Virus record (IMG/VR): IMGVR_UViG_3300031993_000017
Length of the DNA: 64,000 nucleotides
Reading direction: 5' to 3' (one strand)
From: a virus
Lineage: Duplodnaviria; Caudoviricetes
In this document: positions 20,374 through 31,254 of the stretch, one piece after another
Numbering within the stretch: the stretch's first letter is position 1
Layout: every line of letters begins with the position of its first letter
The notes under the pieces: model-generated
The model's input: only the letters and a program-made list of their open reading frames with translations
The model's database searches: none
Told to the model about the DNA's origin: nothing
Translations under genes and position numbers: made by a program

Positions 20374-20422
20374 CTAAAAATATGAATATACATAACCTAA
20401 TTTCCTATATTTATACAAGGTT

Positions 20423-21880
20423 TTACTTGATGTCTGTCATGTTAGGGTACAATTCACCAAAATCCGCATTATAAGGTCCAAGTATGTTACTTGTTGTTCT
20501 GAAAGAATTAGAATCATATCCAGAGCTGCCATTTACATAAATGCTACTAGTAGATGCCACCTGATTTGCGGTACCAAGTGTAAGTCTCTGCAATTGTAAA
20601 CCGGTTATGAAATTCTCACCTATCGTATGAGATACTGACATAATGCTATATACACCGGTGATAGGTGATAATGTGTTTCCGCTCATAACCAATAATGATA
20701 TAGGTTGTGCGATTTCATACTTTGTTAGGTTACCGGGAATCGTTACATTGAATGATCCTGAAAATTGGCTTGCGATTGCATTTACATCGTTTATGATATT
20801 AGCTGTTTGAAATACATCAGGTAAACTTGCACTCCAGCTATTCACAACACTTTCATCATTGATAATGGAATTACCACTTGCATCAAGAGTGAATCCTACG
20901 GATTTGAAATCCATATCTGTCATATTGTATGCAACACCATTGTAGGAACCGCTCAGACTAAGGACATTTGTATTTGATGTTCCATACTGTAATGTTTCTT
21001 CGGAATGTGATGTTAATAATCCCGCATCACTTTTGAAATGAATTATACCTCTTGATGTTGCTGTGGGTTCATCTATCCATGCAGAAAATGATGCACACTG
21101 AGGTGCAGTATCTGTTGTATATTCCTTCAAGAAATACTCAATTGGTGTGATTGATGCATTGTTTTGTATCTGACTTAAAGATCTTGCACGGTAGAAATTC
21201 AGACCTGTTGCGGTTCTCGCTCCGTTGTATGTTTTTGCATATCGTTCAAATCCAGCCCATTTGTCATATGATTCTGTACCGTCATAATTGCCTTTTATCA
21301 ACTGCCGTAAGCTCATATCCTGAGCACAACACTGAATCAATGTAGGCGAATCACAATGGTCAATATCATAATCGTAGTATTCATTTGCTTTAAGTGCGTT
21401 CAATATAGCTTCAAGAACAGATGAAGGTTGTGCATATCCGCAGAAGTCTGGAATATGTAGTACCGGCATATTTGATTGAACTGCCAGTTGAGCATATCCC
21501 TGAATTTCGTACCTCATAAACATACCAGATGTACTTACATTAAATTTCAATGTAAATCCCTGATAACTGATGTATGAGTCTACTCTACCATTTGCATCAA
21601 GCCAACCAAATGCAAATGACACTGGAATACCACTTGCGTTCGGGTAAGAACTTGTAGCCTGTGCTGCACTGTACAATAACGCTTCAAAAGCAGATACATT
21701 TACACTTCTGCTTGCATCACTCCCTATTGTAACTGACAAGGTGAAACTTGTCATCGAAGCGATTTCTGAATTGCTCAGAGAAAGTGATGTAAATGGTGAC
21801 GGTATTGTTAAACCATAATCTGTTAAAGATACGCCTGCCAATGTGACAGAACACCAATGTTGTAGTTTCACTGAAATCAC
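20423..21880 (-). CDS. baseplate hub protein (gp27/GpD-like)
   Basis: position; FGW motif and C-terminal G.Y.I.SVSH.I...F.T.L.L.R. Confidence 0.6.
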   Translation of the reverse strand: MISVKLQHWCSVTLAGVSLTDYGLTIPSPFTSLSLSNSEIASMTSFTLSVTIGSDASRSVNVSAFEALLYSAAQATSSYPNASGIPVSFAFGWLDANGRVDSYISYQGFTLKFNVSTSGMFMRYEIQGYAQLAVQSNMPVLHIPDFCGYAQPSSVLEAILNALKANEYYDYDIDHCDSPTLIQCCAQDMSLRQLIKGNYDGTESYDKWAGFERYAKTYNGARTATGLNFYRARSLSQIQNNASITPIEYFLKEYTTDTAPQCASFSAWIDEPTATSRGIIHFKSDAGLLTSHSEETLQYGTSNTNVLSLSGSYNGVAYNMTDMDFKSVGFTLDASGNSIINDESVVNSWSASLPDVFQTANIINDVNAIASQFSGSFNVTIPGNLTKYEIAQPISLLVMSGNTLSPITGVYSIMSVSHTIGENFITGLQLQRLTLGTANQVASTSSIYVNGSSGYDSNSFRTTSNILGPYNADFGELYPNMTDIK

Positions 21881-22305
21881 TCCGATCCAAGGTTCAATTT
21901 GTTCGGTGGAATAGGTTCAAGAATTTCACCGCGATTAAACAAGTCTGTAATCGAATTAGGAATCATCAACCTATCGCCCTCACGGATTGTAAATCCATCT
22001 TCAATCCCATTGAAATATGCGATTATCCAACTGTATGTAGAATCTCCTAAAAACATATTGGCTATAATGTCAAGTCTGTTTTCATAGATTGCAGGAACAT
22101 CATAATATCTTATCTTCAGATTTGTTGTAAATGGATTAACTGTTTCAAGAGCAACAAATCTTTCAGATTCCAAATCGGGATTATGAACTAACTGACGTAA
22201 TCCACGGTATCTGGATATGTGATTAAATTCTCGGCATACACCATATTGAATTCCACCATTACTATTCACTGTCCTATATGGTGTAAGTGTATTCAAAATC
22301 TTCAT
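21877..22305 (-). CDS. baseplate LysM-like protein (T4 gp53-like)
   Basis: RLD.IA..F.GD....WIIA..NGI.D......G..L.IP. Confidence 0.75.
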   Translation of the reverse strand: MKILNTLTPYRTVNSNGGIQYGVCREFNHISRYRGLRQLVHNPDLESERFVALETVNPFTTNLKIRYYDVPAIYENRLDIIANMFLGDSTYSWIIAYFNGIEDGFTIREGDRLMIPNSITDLFNRGEILEPIPPNKLNLGSE

Positions 22306-22327
22306 TATATGCTCCGATCTTATGCGA

Positions 22328-23335
22328 TTATCCGATAATCGGCATATTCATGATAGTATCATAACTAAGAGGTTTCTTAGAAATTTCAGTTATTGTTAAA
22401 CTCATATTACAGTTCAGATACCAACCGTCTAATCCAATTGGTCCGTCCCAATCGGTAGAAACATCTGTTAAAATTCCATGTATTGAAACTCTGCCATCAA
22501 TATATAAAGTGACAGTTGATGTGATTACACTGGAACCATTGTATCTAGGATAACAGTTCGCTTCGCAGAATCTTATAAGTTTATTTGCACCACCAAGCCT
22601 ATGATCTCCATTCCACATATCACGATGAAAATGGAATTTATATGTTACCTGTCTCGGACCGGAATTCTGATATAACATCCATGGTTCATATTGGTACAAT
22701 AAATCTCCAAGTTCTGTGTAACTTGCTTTTCTTGAATCACTGAAGTCTTCTGGGTAACAAGGTATATCCATACTTGAATCTGATAATGATGAATACAATG
22801 TTATCTTTCCCCATGGAAATTTGAAATCACCGAATATACCATTAGATTGCAAACTATTTGCCGGATTCAGCAATGTAGGTGCATTTGTATTACTCAAATC
22901 ACTGAAAATAGTAGGATTCACTTCACCAGTTGTTTGCATCTGAAGCATTGCAATTCTAAATGTAAGCTCAGATATATTTCCTGTACCACCTAAAACTTTA
23001 TCACTCGGAGGTAATTGACAATCATCAGGTAATTTCAAATATCCTGGAATGGTACCGAGTACATCCATTACTTTCCAGCTAGAATCACCCATAAGACAGC
23101 AATGTTCGAATACATCTGCATCAGATGAAAGTTTTCCTAGCATATTTATCTTTCTTTCTACGGAAACATCATCACCGGAGTACATTATTTCATTACACTT
23201 TGAAAGAAATTGACGTCCTACATTAGGTCCCCATTCCAACTCATTCAAGTGCAAAACATCATTGATATGTGCAGCACCTACAATTTCTGTCAATTCTTTT
23301 AATGTTGTCGTAGAATCTATCTTGAGAAATTGCAT
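22328..23335 (-). CDS. tail tube initiator-like baseplate protein
   Basis: PE..SDS..A.Y......EP...Y..SGPR...F.F motif. Confidence 0.55.
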   Translation of the reverse strand: MQFLKIDSTTTLKELTEIVGAAHINDVLHLNELEWGPNVGRQFLSKCNEIMYSGDDVSVERKINMLGKLSSDADVFEHCCLMGDSSWKVMDVLGTIPGYLKLPDDCQLPPSDKVLGGTGNISELTFRIAMLQMQTTGEVNPTIFSDLSNTNAPTLLNPANSLQSNGIFGDFKFPWGKITLYSSLSDSSMDIPCYPEDFSDSRKASYTELGDLLYQYEPWMLYQNSGPRQVTYKFHFHRDMWNGDHRLGGANKLIRFCEANCYPRYNGSSVITSTVTLYIDGRVSIHGILTDVSTDWDGPIGLDGWYLNCNMSLTITEISKKPLSYDTIMNMPIIG

Positions 23336-23339
23336 ACAA

Positions 23340-23894
23340 TCACCTCGTTGGAGTATTTGCTTTCAGTAATCTCAGATATTTTATTACATGTGGTTCACCA
23401 AATATTGTAGCTGGTCTATCTGTTTGATTTGTTCTCTTCAACCAAGCAGAACTTATCTGATAACAATATGTGCTAACCTGTGGAGTAAACTCTGGTTCCA
23501 TTGAATTGATTCCGAACAGCATCAACAATCCGTCAAGATCAAGATAGTCACTATGTCCAGATATTGTGGATTGATTCATATAAGATAATATCCAATCTGG
23601 TATTTTCTTATCATCTTCTATGGAATCACAGAATTCTTTTAATTCCTTTGCCATACCGGAAACTAATTCACGATATTGCGGTTCCAAGGATTTATCAGGT
23701 AGGCTGTAGTAATCCTTAAACATTGACAGATTTTCATCACCCATGAATCTATCCCATTCTGAATCAGTAATGGGATAGTCCATAGGGAGAAATGCTTCAC
23801 ACATCTCATTATCTGAAATCATATGCGGCGGATAATCCGGTAGATAACCTTCTTTCACCATTTTGATTTTTACTATGTCTGTATTCAAACTCAT
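23340..23894 (-). CDS. hypothetical protein (tail module)
   Basis: ORF in the structural operon. Confidence 0.6.
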   Translation of the reverse strand: MSLNTDIVKIKMVKEGYLPDYPPHMISDNEMCEAFLPMDYPITDSEWDRFMGDENLSMFKDYYSLPDKSLEPQYRELVSGMAKELKEFCDSIEDDKKIPDWILSYMNQSTISGHSDYLDLDGLLMLFGINSMEPEFTPQVSTYCYQISSAWLKRTNQTDRPATIFGEPHVIKYLRLLKANTPTR

Positions 23895-23905
23895 TGTTGA
23901 TCACC

Positions 23906-26662
23906 TCAATCAACCGCACCACCGTAGAAGATGTGGTACTGACCTGTAGCCCAACCATCTATTACTTGAGTTGCAGGAATATCACCGCTAACATTTTTAA
24001 CAGATTCTACTTTTGTTAAAAATGAAATTGTTCCTGACACATAGTTATCACTACTGTTTGTAACATATGGATTAGTGTATGCGGTGAATGTAGTTGTTTT
24101 AGTTATGTATCCAATCAATTGTGACTGACTGATCGGGTAAGCAGTTGTAAATGTTCCGGTTACTTTTAATGATTTATTGACCCTAGTAGGAGGATACTGC
24201 AAATCAGATCCTTGTGGTAACGAGAAGTTTGATGCAAAAATATATGTTCCGTCTGCATTGTTGCCTGTTATATCATCTGTAACATACATTGACAATCCGT
24301 TGATAGATCCGTCAGATCCAAATGTGATACTTCTAAGAGCATACCGATAATGGTTGTCATTAGGTGTTGATACATTCCAGTAATCTTCGTCACTTGAATT
24401 TGCAGAAGGTGAACCTATCAGTTCAACTGTCATTCCGTTCACCTGAAGATTAGGATCACTGTCCTCAACTCTCTCATACCACAAAGATAAATCTTGGATA
24501 GTAGTAAGTCTATCAATGATATCTGCATCATAATATAAGCATGAACGATATAATTTGATGGAAGGTGTGCCGCTATCTACAAGGATACGAATCTTTTCAC
24601 AATTCATAACATTTACGATAGTGTTTGAAGTTCCGCTTCCTGTAAGATGTAAGTACACAGGAGTTGAAAATCTACTATCAATATCATATACTGTGATTTC
24701 AACCTGACCATCATTCACATCTGTTTCTGGAAGTTCGATGTAGATATGAATATTCCTAGGTGATTCATTCGTACCATTTTCACTATTGTATTTCCGGTAA
24801 TTCAATAACTGTGTCGAATTAGGAAATGCTACACGGTCATTTACATATTGATCAAGTAAATTCTGGATTTCATCAATGGTTCCAGTAACCTTAAGATCCT
24901 GACCAAGCTGATATGCCAAAACTCCTGATGCTAAATACTGGTAATCTGCAAGCCTTAAGTGACCATATCCGTCACGATATACATATCCACCACCGAGAGC
25001 ATCGGAAGGAACATTTAAGAATCCACCCACCACATTTTCTTGTGCAAATGCAATAGCGCCTGTCACGAAAATCGGGTCATTTGCGAACTCCATGCCTCCA
25101 TTATTTTCACTTACCACATAGAAATAATATCTTACAGTTGCCGGTGTGGTAGAAGTATCATCCCACTCTACAACCATGTAATCCTTATTGATAGTTCCGC
25201 GATAGTTTCCAGATTCAAGACCGAACATTTCGGAAACTTTATTGATATTAGTATGAACAAAATCAGTTCCTGTATAAGTTGTATATCCTACAAGTACTCC
25301 GTCAACAAGACTAGATGGAAGGTCTGTTGAACTTGTCTTTACATCAACATATGTAATTCCACGATTTGCAACTCTAGGAGGCAGTACCACATACATTGTG
25401 GAAGGATATCTGCCATATACGGTTGTAGTGTCAATGGTTGAATCCGTATCAAGAATGTTTATCATTGTATCAGAAACTGTGGAATCCTGACTTACAAGGA
25501 TATAATCTCCTGGTGTCCAGGTACAATTTTCATATATGATAGGAAACTTTTCTTGCTTCTCCTTCGCAGTAAGAACTCCGTCATAATAATAACGCATTCT
25601 ACCATTAGGAAGATTGTAGAAATTCTGGATCTTTCTATCAATCTCACGGATAGCACTTGTGTAAGATTTTGTTAAAACGCCACCAGCTCCTGTTCCGTAA
25701 TCGGCAGACGGCACATTCAAAATCTTATCTTCATAATGCCACTGTTCATTATTTGTACCGTAAATGCCACCATCAGGTTGTTTATGAGGAATTTGAAGAT
25801 ATACTTTATCAGCAAGTCTATCATAGATGAAAGAAGCAGAATTGATACCATTAGGAGCACCTGGAACCGGTTGAGGGTCATTGTCCCAAATCATGAGACT
25901 GTCCATTGAATCGCACCAAGTATCATATTCTGTATCAGCACCTTTACCCGAATAAGTATAAATCTTCCAAGGATCAAGTCCTGTCTTCTTTACATAAACA
26001 GTTGAGATGAAACTATTTACACTTGAAATTCTATCTGCGGACAGAATACTTACCTTATCATCATTCCGAACAATATTAGAAACTAATCCGTTATCAAATG
26101 TAAATTCTGCCAATTTCAAATGTGCATTTACTTTTGTTTCATCTGTAGGGCTATCAGAAGGAAGTGTAAACCTTTCTCCTAAATTTCCGTCTTTTGGGAG
26201 AATTACAATCTGAATACCTTGATAAACACCGTCGGTATCATCTTCTACAAGCATTGCACCATTCATTGTCTGAGTAGTGCTATACATGATCCTAAGCCCA
26301 ATACAGAGTCTTCCTTTTAAGATAGGCAAACCTTCCTGCTGTAATTTTGCATTCAATGCGGAAAGGTCAAGTGAAATCGGAACAAGCGATTCGATGTAAT
26401 GGCCGTTTACTAATGCGCGACCTTCTGTTAGTAAGATTGATGTAGAACTTATCACAGCTCCTGAACCGTCAGTTAAAAGAGTTACATCAAAATCATCAAG
26501 TGAATGTGTATAAGACGGTCCGATAGAATATTGAACATTTGGATCTGTTCCTACGCTTTCTCTTGAACGAATGTTATATTCCGTCAATAACTGGCCACCA
26601 GCATGACTGTTACTGATTGGAAATATGTTTGTAGTTTCAACAGTAAATGCGGTAATGTTCAT
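23906..26662 (-). CDS. large virion structural protein (baseplate/fibre-associated)
   Basis: 918 aa, beta-rich, G.ALVNG.Y motif, in the tail operon. Confidence 0.6.
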   Translation of the reverse strand: MNITAFTVETTNIFPISNSHAGGQLLTEYNIRSRESVGTDPNVQYSIGPSYTHSLDDFDVTLLTDGSGAVISSTSILLTEGRALVNGHYIESLVPISLDLSALNAKLQQEGLPILKGRLCIGLRIMYSTTQTMNGAMLVEDDTDGVYQGIQIVILPKDGNLGERFTLPSDSPTDETKVNAHLKLAEFTFDNGLVSNIVRNDDKVSILSADRISSVNSFISTVYVKKTGLDPWKIYTYSGKGADTEYDTWCDSMDSLMIWDNDPQPVPGAPNGINSASFIYDRLADKVYLQIPHKQPDGGIYGTNNEQWHYEDKILNVPSADYGTGAGGVLTKSYTSAIREIDRKIQNFYNLPNGRMRYYYDGVLTAKEKQEKFPIIYENCTWTPGDYILVSQDSTVSDTMINILDTDSTIDTTTVYGRYPSTMYVVLPPRVANRGITYVDVKTSSTDLPSSLVDGVLVGYTTYTGTDFVHTNINKVSEMFGLESGNYRGTINKDYMVVEWDDTSTTPATVRYYFYVVSENNGGMEFANDPIFVTGAIAFAQENVVGGFLNVPSDALGGGYVYRDGYGHLRLADYQYLASGVLAYQLGQDLKVTGTIDEIQNLLDQYVNDRVAFPNSTQLLNYRKYNSENGTNESPRNIHIYIELPETDVNDGQVEITVYDIDSRFSTPVYLHLTGSGTSNTIVNVMNCEKIRILVDSGTPSIKLYRSCLYYDADIIDRLTTIQDLSLWYERVEDSDPNLQVNGMTVELIGSPSANSSDEDYWNVSTPNDNHYRYALRSITFGSDGSINGLSMYVTDDITGNNADGTYIFASNFSLPQGSDLQYPPTRVNKSLKVTGTFTTAYPISQSQLIGYITKTTTFTAYTNPYVTNSSDNYVSGTISFLTKVESVKNVSGDIPATQVIDGWATGQYHIFYGGAVD

Positions 26663-26714
26663 TGAAAACCTCCGAGAAAAAGTTTTTCTTATTTATATAC
26701 AAGGTAGTAACTAG

Positions 26715-29700
26715 TTATCTACCACCCATCGCCATACTACCGAGTGTTTCAGGAAGCGTTGTGGAACCGAAACTTCCGCCCTGTTGCATGATAGTAGTTG
26801 CTACTATGAGAATCTTTGCTAAAAGTGCGTTTGTCTGAACCATAGGATCTGTAAGGTCTGTTGAATTTGCTGTTAATGCTTCTGCAAGTGCTAAGATAGC
26901 ATCGCCTGTTCCATTTGTTTCTGCCTGACGGATTCTTTCAACATCTGCTGCATTATACGACTTACTGTATACAGAATGCTGGATAAAATACTCCGAAAAT
27001 TCTGTTACATAATTCTTAAGAAGATCTGTGATAGTATCTACTCTATCAAACATACCGTTCCACTGACTTGTTTCCTGGTTGATGTAACTATCCCAGGTTG
27101 TAGAATAGAATTTACTTCCGCCTTCGTAAAATGATTGTTCATTACTCAGTTGTTTTCTTCTTTCATCAAGAGATTGTTCAAATTGAGCATTGTTATAAAT
27201 ACGTTCTAGATCTTCTGTGGTTTTTCCTGCTGCAGATAATGCACCTTGGACATCGAATCCAGCAGACTTCACCCAATCCGTAAAACTGCTGAATGTATCC
27301 GGTATATCTTTTACAAAATCATTCAATTTGCCTACAAGTGTTCCAAGAGTTCCAGTTCCAAGCCCAGGTGTTCCGAGAAGTCCTTTTCCAAGTCCAGGTG
27401 TTCCTAGAGTTCCTTTTCCAAGCCCTTTACTAATATCAATAGCGGTGTCAGTTACATTTTTTACAACACCTGAAACAGACTGTATTCCAAGGAGACTATA
27501 ATAATCACCAATAAGATTCAAATCTTTTCCAGTTGTCATCAGACCGTACAGTTCTTTTACATTACCCGAACCTACTTTTTGATATTCAAGTATCTTTTTC
27601 ATGTCCTGTCTTTGCAACAGAGCTTCGTCAAGAGTGAATAAAACATCTTCAGCCATTCGTTCTAGCTTATCGCCGGGATGTAAAAATTCAAATAATTGTT
27701 GAACTCCAATTTTTAAATCTGTTAATAATTGAAGTGCAGCACCTGTGATTTCTACTCCATAAGTTGTTTCCTGAAGTTCTCTTGCTATTTGCTCTTGCCA
27801 CATATGTTCCTGAACTGCTCTTGCAACTTCATTATCAAGAACATATGAAAGACCTTCATCAATGAGGTACTTATTGATTTGCTCATTCACCTGCTGTTCT
27901 TTTGTAAGTGTTGTCTGACCGGAAGTAAGTAGCTTTACGTTTTTACGATATTCGCTACTTCCATCAGCCATATCAAGTACAGCTTTTCCAAGTGCTTGCC
28001 AATCAACTCGTTGAAACGCTTCTGCAGATAATCCGAAAAGATCTGCATATCCTTCAGCCTTTTCCATGTAAGCATCTGAAGAATCTGTAAACATTTCACC
28101 TAGTTTCGTGAATATCTTTTCAAGTGCAAGTCTTGGATTCTTTACAAATCCTTTTAAGAATTCAGTATTACTTGCATTTCCACCCCACAAGGATCTAAGT
28201 GCTACGATAGAACTATCATTACCACCTACTGCAAGTTTTACAACTGCATCTGTAATAGAACTTGCAAGGTCTGGAGCAACAGCACCTAAATATCCCTGAA
28301 CTGCAGTAAGCGCAGACGAAATCTCTGAAATATTACTTGCTTTTGCAGCTTGTGCTATTTCTACAGAACTCTTGTACAGATTCTCCCAACTGGATAAACC
28401 TGTTGTAGCACCGTTATTCAATACACGGCTTGCATAAAGTGCATTACTTGCAAAATCTTCCAAAGATTTATTTGCAATCGCAAGTGCTTCTGCTTGGGAC
28501 TTACCGCTCTTGATAGCACTGTTGAATACTACGGTGTAGTCTTCAACATATCCGAAGAAATCTTGTGTAGGAATTGCGGCGTTTAATTTGGTTGCAATAT
28601 ATGCAAATTCTTCTGCAACAGAACCGCTTAAACCTGCTTGAAGTACCTTTGTCAGATTAGAAGTAGTGTCGGCACCTGAAATATACGAAGAAAGGCCTTC
28701 TTTGGAAAGTCTTTCTGCATATCTTTGCATAAGATCCTGAACACCAGCTTTTGAATACTGTTGAGTAGCTGCAATGACTTTAAGGTTCTGATCCCATGCA
28801 CTCTGTACTGACTTTGCAGCCTCTTCCAATATTTCAAACGGTTTACGAACAATTGTTTCAATATCCTTTTGAAGTCGTTCTCTCTGATACTGTAGCTTCT
28901 TTGACTGTTCATCATAAGTTCTATTCAGCAATGATTTTATCAATGTGAAGATATTTTTTATATCATCACCTACACGGCTGAAACTTTCCAAAGATTGAAA
29001 TGGTTTGAACCAATCAATTAGATTTGCACCAATATGAATCAGATGACGATTGACCTGTGCTAACGGGTTTATTATGAACATTATTTTTTCAGTAAACAAT
29101 GTCCATGCTAAACCAAGCCCCTTTGCTCCAATTTTAATTAAGGGCATAATATCATCTGAGATTTTTACAACATCACCTATGAGCCGTTTTATAGTAGGAC
29201 CCATGATTGCCAATGCTACTCCAATAGCTGGTAATGCTTCAGCTGCAAGACCTACAGCCCCCTCATATCCACCTATTTTTGCAAACATACCTGCAGCTTT
29301 TTCGGATAATCCGGACATTCCCGGTAATTTGCTAAAGTCCGGTATTGACTTAGAAATATTACTGAAAACTTTTTCGCCAACATCATAAGCAAATTTTCCA
29401 GGTAAATCTCTAATAGAATCAACGCCTAATTGATCTACAAGGTCATTTAAGGCACCACCTAATTTTTTACCGAATTCAGAGCGTTTTACAGCTTCTTTAA
29501 GTTGCCTTCTGATTCCATTTTCAAATTCATCTAAAATGTTTCCGTACCGAGATCGTTGGCCTTCAAAATTAACTTTTCCAAAATCACTACTACGTTTACG
29601 ATAAGCAGCACTATCTCTGAATAATCTTGCAGATGACTGAGATGTTTTAGTAGGATCTATTCCACCATTGACAGCATTGGCCAACTTTTCGATAGATTGT

Positions 29701-29771
29701 GATAACTGTTCAAATTTACTTCCGAACTGACGTTCAAGTTGTTTAAGTACATTTGGATCCATTTCTGCCAT
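26715..29771 (-). CDS. tape measure protein
   Basis: ~1018 aa helical A/L/S-rich protein after the chaperone genes and before the baseplate genes. Confidence 0.7.
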   Translation of the reverse strand: MAEMDPNVLKQLERQFGSKFEQLSQSIEKLANAVNGGIDPTKTSQSSARLFRDSAAYRKRSSDFGKVNFEGQRSRYGNILDEFENGIRRQLKEAVKRSEFGKKLGGALNDLVDQLGVDSIRDLPGKFAYDVGEKVFSNISKSIPDFSKLPGMSGLSEKAAGMFAKIGGYEGAVGLAAEALPAIGVALAIMGPTIKRLIGDVVKISDDIMPLIKIGAKGLGLAWTLFTEKIMFIINPLAQVNRHLIHIGANLIDWFKPFQSLESFSRVGDDIKNIFTLIKSLLNRTYDEQSKKLQYQRERLQKDIETIVRKPFEILEEAAKSVQSAWDQNLKVIAATQQYSKAGVQDLMQRYAERLSKEGLSSYISGADTTSNLTKVLQAGLSGSVAEEFAYIATKLNAAIPTQDFFGYVEDYTVVFNSAIKSGKSQAEALAIANKSLEDFASNALYASRVLNNGATTGLSSWENLYKSSVEIAQAAKASNISEISSALTAVQGYLGAVAPDLASSITDAVVKLAVGGNDSSIVALRSLWGGNASNTEFLKGFVKNPRLALEKIFTKLGEMFTDSSDAYMEKAEGYADLFGLSAEAFQRVDWQALGKAVLDMADGSSEYRKNVKLLTSGQTTLTKEQQVNEQINKYLIDEGLSYVLDNEVARAVQEHMWQEQIARELQETTYGVEITGAALQLLTDLKIGVQQLFEFLHPGDKLERMAEDVLFTLDEALLQRQDMKKILEYQKVGSGNVKELYGLMTTGKDLNLIGDYYSLLGIQSVSGVVKNVTDTAIDISKGLGKGTLGTPGLGKGLLGTPGLGTGTLGTLVGKLNDFVKDIPDTFSSFTDWVKSAGFDVQGALSAAGKTTEDLERIYNNAQFEQSLDERRKQLSNEQSFYEGGSKFYSTTWDSYINQETSQWNGMFDRVDTITDLLKNYVTEFSEYFIQHSVYSKSYNAADVERIRQAETNGTGDAILALAEALTANSTDLTDPMVQTNALLAKILIVATTIMQQGGSFGSTTLPETLGSMAMGGR
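27340..27428 (-). repeat. ~3 imperfect 30-bp tandem repeats (GLGKGTLGTP)
   Basis: CCAAG(C/T)CCAGGTGTTCC units on the + strand. Confidence 0.8.
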
Positions 29772-29835
29772 TTTAATCACCTGCCTTAAATACAAAAATG
29801 GGACTGATAAAACTATCAGCCCCACAGATACAAAA

Positions 29836-30120
29836 TCACCGACTAGAAGAATTAGGTTTTTTGTTCATTCGTTCTTCCCGTTCTCTCAGTTCTTTTGTAA
29901 AACTTTCCACATATTTTTTGCGAATAAATATAGGCTGTTCCATTATCCAATCAGCGGTCACGGCACCTTCTGATGCTCTTGCTATGAACAATGCTTCATC
30001 AACTATATTCTCATATAATTGTTTTCGCACTTCATCAAATGTTTTCCGTGCTCCCTGAATTTCTAGATCGTTTCCATTCCCGTAAATCTCCCAAGGTCGG
30101 ACGAAAAAATTTATCATCAT
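29836..30120 (-). CDS. tail assembly chaperone C-terminal ORF (possible frameshift product)
   Basis: overlaps the preceding gene by 86 nt in the +1 frame; lies just before the tape measure gene. Confidence 0.6.
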   Translation of the reverse strand: MMINFFVRPWEIYGNGNDLEIQGARKTFDEVRKQLYENIVDEALFIARASEGAVTADWIMEQPIFIRKKYVESFTKELREREERMNKKPNSSSR

Positions 30121-30838
30121 TCAGTGCGAAGAATCCTGCCTCCATGTTACCACATTTTGGACAACTACAATTACCGCCGACACGAAGACCATAATCTGTA
30201 AGTTCTCTTGCAACTTCCTTCAGAATCGTATAATCTGCAGGTGAAAATCTACTCTGAATGATTTGATATACTTCCATGGAAGTAAGTCCACTGGATTGAC
30301 CAATTGAATGAATCATCTGGCAAATCACCATCAACTCATCATTCTTCTCATTTGTAGATTTAATCTTTAATTCTCTTGCGGTTTTATTGTTTTGGATATC
30401 AAGCACTTCTCCGACACGGAGCAAATGTAAATGAACATCTTCATCAAAATCAATAAATTCATCTTTACTGATTACAACGTCATTTACAAATCCTTCAGGT
30501 AACATTTTCACTTCAATGTTTCTGAGATCAACACGAGTTTCAGTTGAAACGATTCCACATTTCGGACAAAATATAGAACTTGCTGTGTAATACGGACCGT
30601 AGTTTAAAATTCTTAATGCCCTGCAGATCCAAGCATAATCAATATCTAATAATTTACGGAAATCAATCTGCTCTTCGACTGCTTGCGGAAGAATCTTAGT
30701 CAACATAGTTTGTTGGAAATCTTCTGCGCTCACATAGTCCAATTCACTAGCCGTAGGTAAACTCTTTAATGTAAGGACATCTGGAATATCCTTATAAAGT
30801 CCTTTACCAAGAAGTTCTACTTTCTCTGTAATCGCCAT
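30035..30838 (-). CDS. baseplate hub/tail assembly chaperone (T4 gp26-like, two CxxC)
   Basis: LL..D......LR..YG..Y....CPKCG...VDL; CPKCG...FF.P. Confidence 0.7.
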   Translation of the reverse strand: MAITEKVELLGKGLYKDIPDVLTLKSLPTASELDYVSAEDFQQTMLTKILPQAVEEQIDFRKLLDIDYAWICRALRILNYGPYYTASSIFCPKCGIVSTETRVDLRNIEVKMLPEGFVNDVVISKDEFIDFDEDVHLHLLRVGEVLDIQNNKTARELKIKSTNEKNDELMVICQMIHSIGQSSGLTSMEVYQIIQSRFSPADYTILKEVARELTDYGLRVGGNCSCPKCGNMEAGFFALNDDKFFRPTLGDLREWKRSRNSGSTENI

Positions 30839-30951
30839 TATTCAATTTTCTCCTTTCAAAAACAGTTTTCTTGAATGGTTTTACAATATGATATAAGGTT
30901 AGATCAACTGATTTTGACCTAACCTCATTTTAACATTTTCTATTTGAATGT

Positions 30952-31251
30952 TTAGTATTCATTCTCATTTAAGATACTCTCCGGCGGAGTTTCTTCATAG
31001 ATATCATATCGCTTCAGTGCATCAGTTGTAAGCACCTGGTCGGCTAAGAACCAGCACCTCCCATAACCATCATCTACAACATCGTAGATATTTAAACCCT
31101 GTGGAACACTTCCGGGTTGAACTCCGTGATTAGTGCGATACCAATACAATCCTTCACGACCATAGGAAGAATATTCATCGGAAGGAGTTACAGGACGCTT
31201 CTCGAAACTTCGATTTCCGTATGAATAATTTGATTTGATATATCGTTTCAT
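30952..31251 (-). CDS. KRY-tag protein with DarA C-terminal-like domain
   Basis: MKRYIKSN; YWY...HGVQPGSVP...G......LT..AL..YDI. Confidence 0.6.
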   Translation of the reverse strand: MKRYIKSNYSYGNRSFEKRPVTPSDEYSSYGREGLYWYRTNHGVQPGSVPQGLNIYDVVDDGYGRCWFLADQVLTTDALKRYDIYEETPPESILNENEY

Positions 31252-31254
31252 TTA

